The position numbers and the translations under genes are program-made. Positions 20,723-31,134 of a DNA stretch of 64,000 bases are shown piece after piece. The notes beneath the pieces were generated by a model that did no database searches, had not been told where the DNA came from, and saw only the letters and a program-made list of their open reading frames with translations. Source of the DNA: an archaeon (lineage in GTDB: Archaea; Nanobdellota; Nanobdellia; Woesearchaeales; UBA9642); the NCBI GenBank assembly GCA_020057295.1, contig JAGVGF010000003.1:64001-128000 (forward strand). Reading direction: 5' to 3'. How positions within the stretch are numbered: position 1 is the first letter of the stretch; each line of letters begins with the position of its first letter.

Positions 20723-22488
20723 AAAAAATATATATCACATTAATATTTTTGTTAGTATCGCTGCTAGTAACAACTTCTGGCACAGCAGCATCTTCAGGAC
20801 ATATAGGATTACTAACGGTTTCAGAATCATCATTAAATTCTTCTGACTCTAGTGTTGAAAAAGGCGGGATTGCAGATTTATATCTGGTTGTTAAACAGGG
20901 ATCTGGAAGAATATTTATCGACAGTTTTCCATTATCCAAAATCGATACTCAAATAACTATGCGTTTTGCTACAGAAATAGCTTGTGATTTATTAGAAAAG
21001 GATTGTTCAGATTACGATTTCTTTTATACAATCACTGCAAATAGTGCCATTGTGGGCGGTCCAAGTGCTGGAGCAGCGGCAACAGTATTGACTGTAGCAT
21101 TGCTTGACAATCAAGAATTATCGAATGACACTATAATGACTGGAACAATTAATTCAGGAAATCTTATCGGCCCAGTAGCTGGTGTTCCTGCTAAAGCTCT
21201 AGCAGCACAAGTTAATGGATACACGCGAGTTCTCATACCAGAGTGGGACATTGCTAATAATACTCCACAAAATCTATCTATAAGCGTTATACCAATTTCG
21301 ACACTCGAGGAAGCATTATACTATTTTACTGGAAAGAATTATAGTATTGGCGACGATGTAGTTATACATTCCAAGGAATACAGCAAAATCATGCGTGAAG
21401 TCACACTTGATTTATGTTCAAAATATGGTGCTATACAAGATGGTGTGTTAATACTTCCTAATCTTACATCATACGATATTAATTTGACTAATGAAAGTCA
21501 AGATAATTTCAAATTAGCAATAAATGCTATTAATAACGGATCTTATTATAGCGCTGCAAGTTTTTGTTTTGGTGGTAATGTAAGAATTACGAGTGCATTG
21601 TTCAAAAATTTGACAAATAATCAATTAAAGATATTATATGCTCAACAATTAGAAAATGTAAGTACTTTTGAAAGAAATTTTGATTCTAAATCTAACAAAT
21701 TATCAACTATTTCAGAACTAGAAACTTATATGATTGTTGCCGAGAGATTATATGACACTAAACAAGTTTTATCAAAGCAAGATCTTAATAATATCTCATC
21801 ATCGGATTTAGCTTATGCCCGTGAACGTTTTAGTACGGCGATTGTTTGGGAAAAATTTTCAACTATTCCTGGTCAGAAATTTGTTATGGATCAAGATTTA
21901 TTAAAAATTGCTTGTTCAAAGAAATTATCTGAAGCAGAAGAAAGAATTAATTATATGGAATTATATTTCCCTAAGAAAGATATTCGAGAAGAATTATCTA
22001 AAGCGTATAATTACTATTATCAGAAAGAATATGCACTATGTATATTTACTGCATCAAAGGTTAAGGCACAATCAGGTATAGTATTAAGTGCTATATTTGT
22101 TCCAGAAGACAATATGCAAAAATTATTGGAAGAAAAAATCAGTGCAGGAAAAAGGGCAATATCTAAACAAGAATCAGCAAATATTTTCCCAATACTTGGT
22201 TATAGTTATTATGAATATGCTAATACGTTAAAGAATACTGATCAGTATTCATCATTATTATATGCTGAATATAGTTTAGAATTGAGTAATTTAGATATGT
22301 ACTTCAAGAAAAGACCTCCCGTACAAATAATAGACACTACTAATATAAATTATGTTTACGTTTTTGCAATAGGTGCAATTGCAGGCATAATATTTACTAC
22401 AATAGTTTTCGTAATATTTAAACTAATTAGTAATTACATTAAGAACTCTTCTGTAAAAAAGAAAATTAACAAGAAACATAAAAAATAA
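20719..22488 (+). CDS. Secreted, membrane-anchored S16 (Lon-like) archaeal serine protease
   Basis: Signal peptide, GGPSAGAA catalytic Ser motif, MTGTI, GPVAGVPAK Lys, C-terminal TM. Confidence 0.85.
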   Translation: MKKIYITLIFLLVSLLVTTSGTAASSGHIGLLTVSESSLNSSDSSVEKGGIADLYLVVKQGSGRIFIDSFPLSKIDTQITMRFATEIACDLLEKDCSDYDFFYTITANSAIVGGPSAGAAATVLTVALLDNQELSNDTIMTGTINSGNLIGPVAGVPAKALAAQVNGYTRVLIPEWDIANNTPQNLSISVIPISTLEEALYYFTGKNYSIGDDVVIHSKEYSKIMREVTLDLCSKYGAIQDGVLILPNLTSYDINLTNESQDNFKLAINAINNGSYYSAASFCFGGNVRITSALFKNLTNNQLKILYAQQLENVSTFERNFDSKSNKLSTISELETYMIVAERLYDTKQVLSKQDLNNISSSDLAYARERFSTAIVWEKFSTIPGQKFVMDQDLLKIACSKKLSEAEERINYMELYFPKKDIREELSKAYNYYYQKEYALCIFTASKVKAQSGIVLSAIFVPEDNMQKLLEEKISAGKRAISKQESANIFPILGYSYYEYANTLKNTDQYSSLLYAEYSLELSNLDMYFKKRPPVQIIDTTNINYVYVFAIGAIAGIIFTTIVFVIFKLISNYIKNSSVKKKINKKHKK

Positions 22489-22494
22489 TTTTTT

Positions 22495-23973
22495 TTATCT
22501 CGAAACGTAATCTGTAATTACTTGTTCTCTTCTAGGACCTGTGGCTATGGTGTTTACTGGTAATCCTGTATACTCCGATATGAAATGTATAAAATTCTGC
22601 GCATTTGTTTCTATGTCTTTGAAACTTGTTTTTCCGTATGTATTATTAAATCCTGGTAGACTTATTATTTTTTTGCCGTTGTGTTCGTCATCAACTAGTA
22701 CATGTATTGTCTTTATTCCATCATACACATCTAATTTTGTGAATGCTAAATGTGTGAATCCAAATTTTTCATTATGTTCTTTTACAAGTGTTAAATCTAA
22801 CATTCCTATTCTTCTTGGTCTTGCAGTAGTCGCTCCGTATTCTCCGCCGTTTGTTTTATCGTCATTTACTCCGACATTTCTGAAGTATTGTCCGATTTCG
22901 AAAGGAGTTGCTGTTCCGTTATTAATCTTTTCTAGTATTAAAGAATTATCTTTTCTGTTTAATCCTAATTCTTTTCTTGTTTTTCCTCTTATATCACTAT
23001 ATTCTCCATACTCTCCTACAAACGGACCTTCTCCTACCCTGCTAGGAACTAACTTTACTACAGCAACGTAATTTCTTATGAATTTTCTTGGTATTCCTAG
23101 ACCTGTTTCTACTGATACTGTTCCACAGTTTGACGCAGTTACGTAAGGGTATGTTCCCTGATCTTTATCTAGTCCAGCACCCTGTGCTAATTCTACAATC
23201 ACATTTTTTCCTAAGTTTAGATTTTCTAAAACGAAAGTTCTAGTATCTATAACATGAGGTTTTAATTCTTGCCCCATCTTATAATAATCTTCTACTATTT
23301 TATCAACTTTTAATCCGGTTTCTTCATCGTAGTATTCTATTATTCTTTCTGATAAAAACAATTTTATATCTTCTAACTTACTTCCGCTATACTTTCCATC
23401 TTTTACTCTTTGTTTTAATTTTGGAACGAATGCTTTTGCATATTGATCAAATTCTTCTTTATCATCAAGTAATGCTTCTCTTAATGTTTCAACGTTAAAT
23501 AAATCTTGTACTCTTAACCCTGTTCTATACATTTGTCCTGCGTATGCTGGTCCTACCCCGCTTCCTGTCGTTCCTATAGGATGTCTTCTTATAGAATCTT
23601 TAATAACATCAATATATTTGTGATGCGGAAATGTTACAAAAGCTTTATCGCTTATCATTAACTTGTGTGCATCTATTTTTAATCCAGCATCTCTTAGTTG
23701 ATATATCTCTTTTAGTAATTGTTTAGGATTTATTAGAACGCCATTTCCTATTATAGAAATCATATGATCATTAATTATAGATGATGGAACTAAATGCATT
23801 ATGTATGTTTTTCCGTTAACATCTACTGTATGTCCTGCATTATCTGCGCCGTTAGTTCTTGCTCCTATACTCGCTTGCTCGCCCATTTGGTCAACTACTT
23901 TTCCTTTTCCTTCGTCTCCAAATTGGCTTCCGCCTACAACATCAATGTATCCTTGTTTGTGCTCTTGTTTCAT
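22495..23973 (-). CDS. purA: Adenylosuccinate synthetase
   Basis: QFGDEGKGK, NAGHT, IGTTGSGVGPAY, GTYPYVT, RVGEGPF, EYGATTARPRRIG, TKLD. Confidence 0.95.
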   Translation of the reverse strand: MKQEHKQGYIDVVGGSQFGDEGKGKVVDQMGEQASIGARTNGADNAGHTVDVNGKTYIMHLVPSSIINDHMISIIGNGVLINPKQLLKEIYQLRDAGLKIDAHKLMISDKAFVTFPHHKYIDVIKDSIRRHPIGTTGSGVGPAYAGQMYRTGLRVQDLFNVETLREALLDDKEEFDQYAKAFVPKLKQRVKDGKYSGSKLEDIKLFLSERIIEYYDEETGLKVDKIVEDYYKMGQELKPHVIDTRTFVLENLNLGKNVIVELAQGAGLDKDQGTYPYVTASNCGTVSVETGLGIPRKFIRNYVAVVKLVPSRVGEGPFVGEYGEYSDIRGKTRKELGLNRKDNSLILEKINNGTATPFEIGQYFRNVGVNDDKTNGGEYGATTARPRRIGMLDLTLVKEHNEKFGFTHLAFTKLDVYDGIKTIHVLVDDEHNGKKIISLPGFNNTYGKTSFKDIETNAQNFIHFISEYTGLPVNTIATGPRREQVITDYVSR

Positions 23974-24029
23974 AGTAATATCCCCCAAAGTTCATTCCTC
24001 TTTCTATTTATTAATTTATTTTTTTTGTT

Positions 24030-24138
24030 CCTCTTTTTTTTAATTATAAACCCTGGAAGGCTCTGCATTGCTGCAGAGTTTCTTCCCGGGAAAAAGAGGT
24101 GAGCATAATATTATTAGAATGAAACACCTCAAATTTCC
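24030..24138 (-). ncRNA. Candidate structured leader or small RNA upstream of purA
   Basis: GC-rich stems in AT-rich DNA: GAGGUG/CACCUC, and CCCGGGAAG-AAA-CUCUGCA-GCAA-UGCAGAG-C-CUUCCAGGG with a GNRA loop on the minus strand. Confidence 0.5.
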
Positions 24139-24160
24139 AAGATTAAAGTTATCGTAATAC

Positions 24161-24175
24161 TATTTAAAGGTTTCG
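24161..24175 (-). promoter_or_regulatory. BRE/TATA promoter for the purA leader
   Basis: Minus strand CGAAA-CC-TTTAAATA, 30 nt from TATA start to GGAAA at 24138, matching the spacing of leaderless genes in this window. Confidence 0.6.
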
Positions 24176-24284
24176 ATTGTAACTATTTAATAATGGTTAA
24201 AAAATTAAAATTTATCGTTCCAATTTGGTGACGAAAATTAAGATAATTAGTAAAATGTTTAAATTTGTTCAATAAAATAGTTTC

Positions 24285-24455
24285 ATGCGTAAAAATAATT
24301 CTAAAGAGAAAAAAATAGAGAAGAACAAGAAATCACACGAATCTTTAGACAAATTTTACTCTGATGAGCAAAAACATCGTGAAAAGATAGAAAAAATAGA
24401 AGATGAAATATTTGAACATCTAAAAAATCATACTAAAAAAGTGTTAAAAAAATAG
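24285..24455 (+). CDS. Small charged hypothetical protein (56 aa, not in ORF track)
   Basis: TTTAAAT at 24258, ATGCGT start, open to TAG 24453-24455. Confidence 0.45.
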   Translation: MRKNNSKEKKIEKNKKSHESLDKFYSDEQKHREKIEKIEDEIFEHLKNHTKKVLKK

Positions 24456-24517
24456 TTCTTCGGATATTTTACGGATAATAAGAGCAAATATTATAAAAAA
24501 ACACATAATAATATATT

Positions 24518-25183
24518 ATGCGCAGATGTTTAATTATAATTATATTCATGCTTTCAATAATTCTATCTTCTGGTATAGTTATTGCATGGACTTCTTATAC
24601 GCATGAATGGATATGTAATAAAGCAGGACTTTCTGAACTCGATTGTAAATCTGCAGATTATAATAATATAAAATCACAACACCCAGATTTAAGATCTGTT
24701 AATCATCATTGTACTAGCGATTTTGATAATTGCAATGCGAGAGTTTATGCAAGGAAATATCTTGATATTAATACTGAAGAATCTAAAGGATTCGCCGCAC
24801 ATTTATTCGCTGATAGTGTGGTTCCTGCACACTGGTATAGTCTTGACTATGATTCATGTCATAAAGTATTTGAAGATAAGGTAGAAGAAAGATTGAAGCA
24901 AGCTGAAAACGTGAAGTACTCGATACTCGGATCGACATTTGATTTTTCGTCATGGAATGTTACTATGCAGTGTGATGATAAGAAGAATAATACTATACAC
25001 TTATCCGCTGATAATCAATATATGAATCAAGTTGCAAAGTATGTTGCTGAAGAAATGCATTCTAACTATATTGAGCAGAATGTTGAAGAGTATGATTTTT
25101 CTTCAGTTGTGATTATAGTATTAGTACTATTGACGCTTGTTTTAATATTATTTCTATATACAGGTTTTAAAAATAGAAAATAA
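24518..25183 (+). CDS. Surface-anchored Zn-dependent phospholipase C/S1-P1 nuclease-fold protein
   Basis: Signal peptide then WTSYTH, NHH, HLFADSVVPAH, CHKVFE tri-zinc ligand pattern; C-terminal TM. Confidence 0.7.
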   Translation: MRRCLIIIIFMLSIILSSGIVIAWTSYTHEWICNKAGLSELDCKSADYNNIKSQHPDLRSVNHHCTSDFDNCNARVYARKYLDINTEESKGFAAHLFADSVVPAHWYSLDYDSCHKVFEDKVEERLKQAENVKYSILGSTFDFSSWNVTMQCDDKKNNTIHLSADNQYMNQVAKYVAEEMHSNYIEQNVEEYDFSSVVIIVLVLLTLVLILFLYTGFKNRK

Positions 25184-25199
25184 AAAAATAGTTATAGAT

Positions 25200-26207
25200 T
25201 TAGTTATTTTTCTTTGCAAATGTTGATGCAACTATTAATGGAAATACTAAGCTTGCTTCCGCGTGTACTTTTGCGTGAAGTCCATTAACTTTTATTTTTG
25301 TCCATGTAATCGCTTCCTGAGGTCCACCGCCTGAATCTGATGCGTCATATTCTTCTGCTGTTGTTACGTAAACTGCATAGTCAAATCCATCTCGGAAAAT
25401 ATTTGCATTCAATATATAGTGTTTTGCGATTCCTCCACCAAGCATTATTGCGCCTGCTTTTTCTGCAGATAAAGCTAAATCTATAATCTTTTTATGATCT
25501 CTAATTATATCTACATAGAAATCTTTCTTATTTTGAAGTTCATAATACATGAAATGTCCTAATGTTCCATCCGTAAATCCTGGACAAAATATAGGTATGT
25601 TGTTCTTGTATGCCCAGTACAAAACCGATTCTTCTTTTGTATCTAACCTTTCCATTTCTTTTCCAAGTTCGTAGATGAATTCAGAAGGGGTGAACGGGAT
25701 TCCTCGTGCTTTATACTTTACATAAAGTTCATCAAAGAACTTTTCTGTAAACTGTTCAAAATAGGTATATCTATCAACAGGTACAAAAATATTTCCTATG
25801 CGAGAGATGCTTTTATCAAATAATACTCTTCCAGGAATATCAAATTTTCCAACAACAAATGGTTTAAGACACTTAATTATATCTTCTTCGATTCCTCCTG
25901 CTGTTATAGATATAGCATGAATCATCTTGTGCTTAACAAGATATTTTATTATTTCTCTATTTCCAGAACTAATCATATTTGAAGTGCACGAAAGAAATAT
26001 GGTTGCATTATCTGAAATCATCTTATTTATTATGTCGATTGCCATTCCAAGATTTGTCGCTTGAATTCCCATATATTTATATGAATCCATGAATTTGTCA
26101 AAATCAAATTTTTGATCAAAATCGTATCCTTTAATTTCTGGAAATCCTTCTAAAGTATCATACCCTCGCATTTGTTGCGCCTGTTCATCTGTATTTTCAT
26201 CAGTCAT
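25200..26207 (-). CDS. dys: Deoxyhypusine synthase
   Basis: TSNMISSG, AGGIEEDIIKCL, RIGNIFVP, GGGIAKH, SDSGG.PQEAITWTK. Confidence 0.92.
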   Translation of the reverse strand: MTDENTDEQAQQMRGYDTLEGFPEIKGYDFDQKFDFDKFMDSYKYMGIQATNLGMAIDIINKMISDNATIFLSCTSNMISSGNREIIKYLVKHKMIHAISITAGGIEEDIIKCLKPFVVGKFDIPGRVLFDKSISRIGNIFVPVDRYTYFEQFTEKFFDELYVKYKARGIPFTPSEFIYELGKEMERLDTKEESVLYWAYKNNIPIFCPGFTDGTLGHFMYYELQNKKDFYVDIIRDHKKIIDLALSAEKAGAIMLGGGIAKHYILNANIFRDGFDYAVYVTTAEEYDASDSGGGPQEAITWTKIKVNGLHAKVHAEASLVFPLIVASTFAKKNN

Positions 26208-26401
26208 TGTAAATCCTCCAATATAATTTTATAATCTTTTTATAACATTTTGAATAAAAAATAAATATTTTTAATAATATTAAACAATATAGAAAAATCT
26301 AATTAGAACCTGTAATGACAATATGTTCCATAAACAAACAATTTAACCATAGAAATAGGATGATTTAACGGTTTTTAAATTTGATTAAATTTCTAGAACG
26401 C

Positions 26402-26632
26402 TTATCTTACGCTTATTAATCCTATCGTAGTCATTAATAATGTTATGGCTGCTATTAATGTAAATGCTGCAAAGAAGTACATGTATATTTCATCGGATAC
26501 CACGAATGATAATGTTAAAATATTAAATTTTTGTAAGAAAAATATCACACTTGTTATAATTCCGATTACTCCTGCAAGTAAGGCTAATGGCTCGAAGGCA
26601 CTTCTTGAACTGTTGGACATAATTCCTGTCAT
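26402..26632 (-). CDS. Small membrane protein
   Basis: Two hydrophobic helices, 76 aa. Confidence 0.55.
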   Translation of the reverse strand: MTGIMSNSSRSAFEPLALLAGVIGIITSVIFFLQKFNILTLSFVVSDEIYMYFFAAFTLIAAITLLMTTIGLISVR

Positions 26633-26735
26633 ATCTTTAATTCTATCAAATTATTATTTAAAGCTTGTGGTTTTATACATAATATTTATAAAAAGCCCTT
26701 CTTTTCTATTAGTACAACAATTGTGAGGGATTATT

Positions 26736-27203
26736 ATGGCTATTGTAGGATTTAACTTTACTAAAATTAATGCTGAGAGAAAACCTGTTACTGAACAGAA
26801 TGTGAATATTGAAAGTAATGCTGGGGTTTCTAACATTACAGAATTAAGTTCTATCGATCCTAAGAAGACTCTTATAAAATTTGATTTCAACTATTTATGT
26901 AAATTCGAGCCAGGACTCGGTAAGATAGAGATAGCTGGTGAAGTTGTTGAAATTTATGATAAAGATTTTGCAACTAAAGTTCTAGACTATTGGAAAGTTG
27001 AAAAAAAGATATATGGTGAAGTATTACAAGATGTGTTTAACAATATTCTTGCAAGATCTAATATGGAAGCAATATTTATCAGTAGAGAATTAGGCTTACC
27101 ATCACCAATACAGATGCCTAGAGTAGACTTAAAACAAGTCGAAAAAAAAGAAGAAAAACCTAAGGAAGACAAGGTTTCAAAATCAGAATCTAAGAAGAAA
27201 TAA
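26736..27203 (+). CDS. Conserved archaeal hypothetical protein
   Basis: GAGGG SD; MAIVGFNFTKINAE...SRELGLPSPIQMP pattern seen in archaeal hypotheticals. Confidence 0.7.
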   Translation: MAIVGFNFTKINAERKPVTEQNVNIESNAGVSNITELSSIDPKKTLIKFDFNYLCKFEPGLGKIEIAGEVVEIYDKDFATKVLDYWKVEKKIYGEVLQDVFNNILARSNMEAIFISRELGLPSPIQMPRVDLKQVEKKEEKPKEDKVSKSESKKK

Positions 27204-27252
27204 TTTCTGTAATTTTTAAGTATGATTCTGTAAAGAGCGTGAGGTGAAACTC

Positions 27253-28347
27253 ATGACAAAAGAAATCATAAGGAAAGAAAATGGTAAGGAAGTAGCTTAT
27301 GATAGAACATTCTTTGGAGACGTATCAAAACGCGAGCTTCATGAAAATTTGGATGGAAGCAAGGATACAAGAAATGTTTTTGGTACTCAGGTACATGTAG
27401 AAAGACAGGGATTTCTTGATAATGAAGTTAGAGGAACTGTCGATGGTGTGGAAGGTACCTTTCGTCACGGGTTCTTTGATACAAAAGATAGTCCTAGAGA
27501 GTTTATACCAGACGAGACAAAACGGAATACATCTGAGGATGATGATTCTTCTAGTTCTGATGATTATGTTCCTAGTCGAAATGATGGTTCAAGTTCTAGT
27601 ACATACAGTCATTCACAAAGTTCATCTGTTTCTACTCCTAAAAAGCATATAGAAAGAGAAATATCTTGGCATCCTATCCTTAAACTAATGGCGGCGCGTC
27701 ATCCTCACCCCTATACTCGTTTGTGTGCTGCGAAAGAAATGAAAAATCCTTACGTATTTTATATGATGGCGTTAAATGATAAGGATAATATTTATGAAGG
27801 AGTTTATGGTTTATGCAGTACGCTTGGCGTACAAGGAGAACCAACTGATGATAATTATTTTAGGACTACAACAGGACTTGTTTACAAGCTTGCACTTGAA
27901 AGAACGTTCGAGTCAAGTGTAAATACTATTCTTATAGATAGAGGTTTGTATTGGGCGAAACCAACTATTCCAGATTTAGAAAATTTAGTATCGCATGCTG
28001 TAAGTAAAGAAATCAGACTTAAATCTAAACAACTTATGTACAATAGATTTTTTTCTACTTCCTTTCCAAAACCAATCAAATTTGTTGTAAGCTTACTCGA
28101 TCCGAATAAATCAGATCATATCCCTAGACTTATTAGTGCATATAAAGGTCTTGATCCGGGAGGTTTTTTATTAGACCTAGAAGATAATTGGAAGTTTGAT
28201 TCTAAAACACTAGATCCAAATTCACATTTTGGGCGCATAATGTTAGCTTTAGAAGAAGGATGGAGAGAAGATTGTGCTAAAGGTGATCCTGAATCACATC
28301 TGAGAAGTATTATCTCTGGAGATGAGAGATATGTTCTTGAACTTTAG
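27253..28347 (+). CDS. Hypothetical protein with Ser/Asp-rich linker
   Basis: GAGGTGA SD; ~364-aa ORF. Confidence 0.65.
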   Translation: MTKEIIRKENGKEVAYDRTFFGDVSKRELHENLDGSKDTRNVFGTQVHVERQGFLDNEVRGTVDGVEGTFRHGFFDTKDSPREFIPDETKRNTSEDDDSSSSDDYVPSRNDGSSSSTYSHSQSSSVSTPKKHIEREISWHPILKLMAARHPHPYTRLCAAKEMKNPYVFYMMALNDKDNIYEGVYGLCSTLGVQGEPTDDNYFRTTTGLVYKLALERTFESSVNTILIDRGLYWAKPTIPDLENLVSHAVSKEIRLKSKQLMYNRFFSTSFPKPIKFVVSLLDPNKSDHIPRLISAYKGLDPGGFLLDLEDNWKFDSKTLDPNSHFGRIMLALEEGWREDCAKGDPESHLRSIISGDERYVLEL

Positions 28348-28500
28348 GAAATAATAACAAGCATAGTATCTATTCATAAGTAAATACTCTGTTTTTTCCT
28401 CCCTTTCAAAAATCATAACATTTATATTCTATTATCGCATATTTTTACTAATTATTGGGGTCGTTTAGAGATTTCACACTATTGATGTTGAGGTGGTTTC

Positions 28501-31125
28501 ATGGTCATTCCGGAAGTCAAATTAAAGGTTGCTGAAGCAATTCAGGATGATGTTACTAAAGGTATTGTTAGAGTTGATTCTGGATATATGAAACAAATCG
28601 GTATTCGTTCTGGTGATATTGTTGAAATTCAAGGTGGTCGAAAGACTGTTGCAATTGTTGATAGAGCATATCCTGGTGATATTGGATTAAACATTATTAG
28701 AATGGATGGTTTAATCAGAAGAAATTCTAAGACAGGAATAGGCGAAGTTGTTACTGTAAGAAAAGCTAATGTTAAAGAAGCCAAAAAGATTATTATTGCT
28801 CCAGCAAAAGAAGGCATATTAATTAGAGCAAATCCAATCATATTCAAACAAGGTTTACTTGGCAGAGCAGTTGTTAAAGGAGATATTGTTTCTTTAGGAG
28901 GAACAAGAACTAGAAGAACTGCAATGAGTCAAAGTCCGTTCTTCGATGATATTTTTAATATTGCCGGTGATGAGGCATTAATGGGTTTTGGTCTTGGTGA
29001 CCTAAAATTTATGATTGTTGATGTAAATCCTGCAAAGGAAGCTGTTATAATTACTGATTCTACTGAAGTAATATTCAATCCAGAAGCAATTCCTGAAGTT
29101 AAGGAAGATAAATTGCCAGATGTTTCTTATGAAGATATTGGTGGATTAGAAGAAGAATTAAAGAAAGTTCGTGAAATGGTCGAGTTACCGTTAAAACATC
29201 CCGAAATTTTCGAAAGATTGGGAATTGAACCACCAAAAGGAGTTCTATTACATGGTCCACCAGGAACTGGAAAAACTCTTTTAGCAAAAGCTGTTGCAAA
29301 TGAAACGCAATCAAACTTTATTCTAATTAATGGTCCAGAAATAATGAGTAAATATTATGGACAGTCAGAAGAAAATTTACGTAAAAAGTTCGAAGATGCT
29401 GAAAAGAACGCTCCTTCAATAATATTTATTGATGAAATAGATGCAATCGCATCAAAGAGAGAAGAGACACACGGTGAAGTTGAGAAACGTGTTGTTGCAC
29501 AATTACTTGCAATAATGGATGGCTTAAAATCTCGAGGAAAAGTCGTTGTTATAGCAGCATCAAATATTCCAAACGCTCTTGATCCAGCATTACGTAGACC
29601 AGGAAGATTCGATAGAGAAATAGAAATTGGCGTTCCGACAAAGGCGGGAAGACTTTCAGTTATGAAGATTCATACAAGAAATATGCCATTTAAAGGTTCA
29701 TTTCATAATGAAGTTGCACTTGATGCATTGAAACATGTTATTGAAGAAAAATCTAAGGATGGTAAGGATTCAAAAACAAAAAAGAGTTCTAAAACTGAAG
29801 TTGACAGGTTAAAGAAATTTTTAGAATCAAGCGATAAAGTTGAAAGATTGCTTAGTGAATTAAAAGCTATAGAAAATAGTGCTGAAATATGGGGTAGTAA
29901 TGATCCTAAAAGTAAATTTTTAGATATTGCTAAGAAGAAGTTAGATGATGAAATAGTAGAAATTATATGTACATTATTTGATGTAGGAATTTTGGGCAAA
30001 TCATTTTATGATGATGTTAGACAAAAAGGAGTTATTAATGATTTAAATGACATTGCGGAAATTACTTACGGATTTGTTGGCGCAGATATTGCATCATTAT
30101 GTAAAGAATCTGCAATGGTGGTTTTAAGAAAAGTTATTTCTGATTTAAACTTGCAAAGTAATGATCCGTTATCTGAAGAAATATTAGAAAAATTAATTAT
30201 TACTAAGGATGATTTCATGTCCGCATTAAAAACAGTAAGACCAAGCGCTCTAAGAGAAGTATTGATTGAAAAACCAACAACTACTTGGGAAGATATTGGC
30301 GGGGCTGATGAAGCTAAGCAAGAATTAAAAGAAGCTGTAGAATGGCCTTTGCAGAATAGTGTAGCATTCGAACGTTTAGGTATTAAACCACCAACAGGTG
30401 TATTATTATACGGTCCTCCAGGAACTGGAAAGACGCTTTTAGCGAAAGCAGTTGCTAATGAAAGTAAAGCTAACTTTATTTTGGTTAATGGTCCGGAATT
30501 AATGAGTAAATGGGTTGGAGAATCTGAAAAAGCTGTGAGAAAAATATTTGAGAAAGCAAGACAGACAAGTCCTAGCATAATATTCTTTGATGAGATTGAT
30601 AGTTTAGTTCCGAAAAGGGGCGCTAACTCGGATTCATCTGGTGTTACGGAAAAAGTTGTAAATCAATTATTAACAGAAATGAATGGGTTGCAAGAAATGA
30701 AGGATGTTGTTGTAATAGGTGCAACAAATAGGCCTGACTTACTTGATTCAGCATTATTAAGGCCTGGAAGATTTGATAGAATAGTGTTAGTTAGCGTTCC
30801 GGATGCTAAGTCACGTAAAGATATATTCAAATTACATACTAAGAGGATGCCATTATCTAAAGATGTTAAAGTTGAAGAATTAGTTTTAAAAACTGAAGGA
30901 TATGTTGGAGCAGATATTGAATCTGTATGTAGAGAAGCTGCAATGCTTGCATTAAGAGAAGATATGACTGCACGAGATGTTAAGATGAAATATTTCACTG
31001 AAGCATTAAAGAAAGTAAGACCATCAGCATCCAAGGATATTGAAAAAACATATGCAGAATTCAATGAAAACTTCAGAAAGACAAGAGCTGAAGAGATGAA
31101 AGATAAACCAAACTACTTTGGTTAA
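28501..31125 (+). CDS. cdc48: CDC48/VCP-family AAA+ ATPase
   Basis: N-domain plus two GPPGTGKT Walker A, DEID Walker B and RPGRFDR motifs. Confidence 0.96.
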   Translation: MVIPEVKLKVAEAIQDDVTKGIVRVDSGYMKQIGIRSGDIVEIQGGRKTVAIVDRAYPGDIGLNIIRMDGLIRRNSKTGIGEVVTVRKANVKEAKKIIIAPAKEGILIRANPIIFKQGLLGRAVVKGDIVSLGGTRTRRTAMSQSPFFDDIFNIAGDEALMGFGLGDLKFMIVDVNPAKEAVIITDSTEVIFNPEAIPEVKEDKLPDVSYEDIGGLEEELKKVREMVELPLKHPEIFERLGIEPPKGVLLHGPPGTGKTLLAKAVANETQSNFILINGPEIMSKYYGQSEENLRKKFEDAEKNAPSIIFIDEIDAIASKREETHGEVEKRVVAQLLAIMDGLKSRGKVVVIAASNIPNALDPALRRPGRFDREIEIGVPTKAGRLSVMKIHTRNMPFKGSFHNEVALDALKHVIEEKSKDGKDSKTKKSSKTEVDRLKKFLESSDKVERLLSELKAIENSAEIWGSNDPKSKFLDIAKKKLDDEIVEIICTLFDVGILGKSFYDDVRQKGVINDLNDIAEITYGFVGADIASLCKESAMVVLRKVISDLNLQSNDPLSEEILEKLIITKDDFMSALKTVRPSALREVLIEKPTTTWEDIGGADEAKQELKEAVEWPLQNSVAFERLGIKPPTGVLLYGPPGTGKTLLAKAVANESKANFILVNGPELMSKWVGESEKAVRKIFEKARQTSPSIIFFDEIDSLVPKRGANSDSSGVTEKVVNQLLTEMNGLQEMKDVVVIGATNRPDLLDSALLRPGRFDRIVLVSVPDAKSRKDIFKLHTKRMPLSKDVKVEELVLKTEGYVGADIESVCREAAMLALREDMTARDVKMKYFTEALKKVRPSASKDIEKTYAEFNENFRKTRAEEMKDKPNYFG

Positions 31126-31134
31126 GGTTGTTCT

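Noticed and set aside
24051-24090. Archaeal SECIS element or SRP RNA helix 8
   Set aside because: No adjacent ORF with an in-frame TGA, and the SRP GGAA/AGCAG signature is absent.
29690-30040. Possible intein in CDC48
   Set aside because: No N-terminal Cys/Ser block, no C-terminal His-Asn followed by a nucleophile, and no LAGLIDADG motif.
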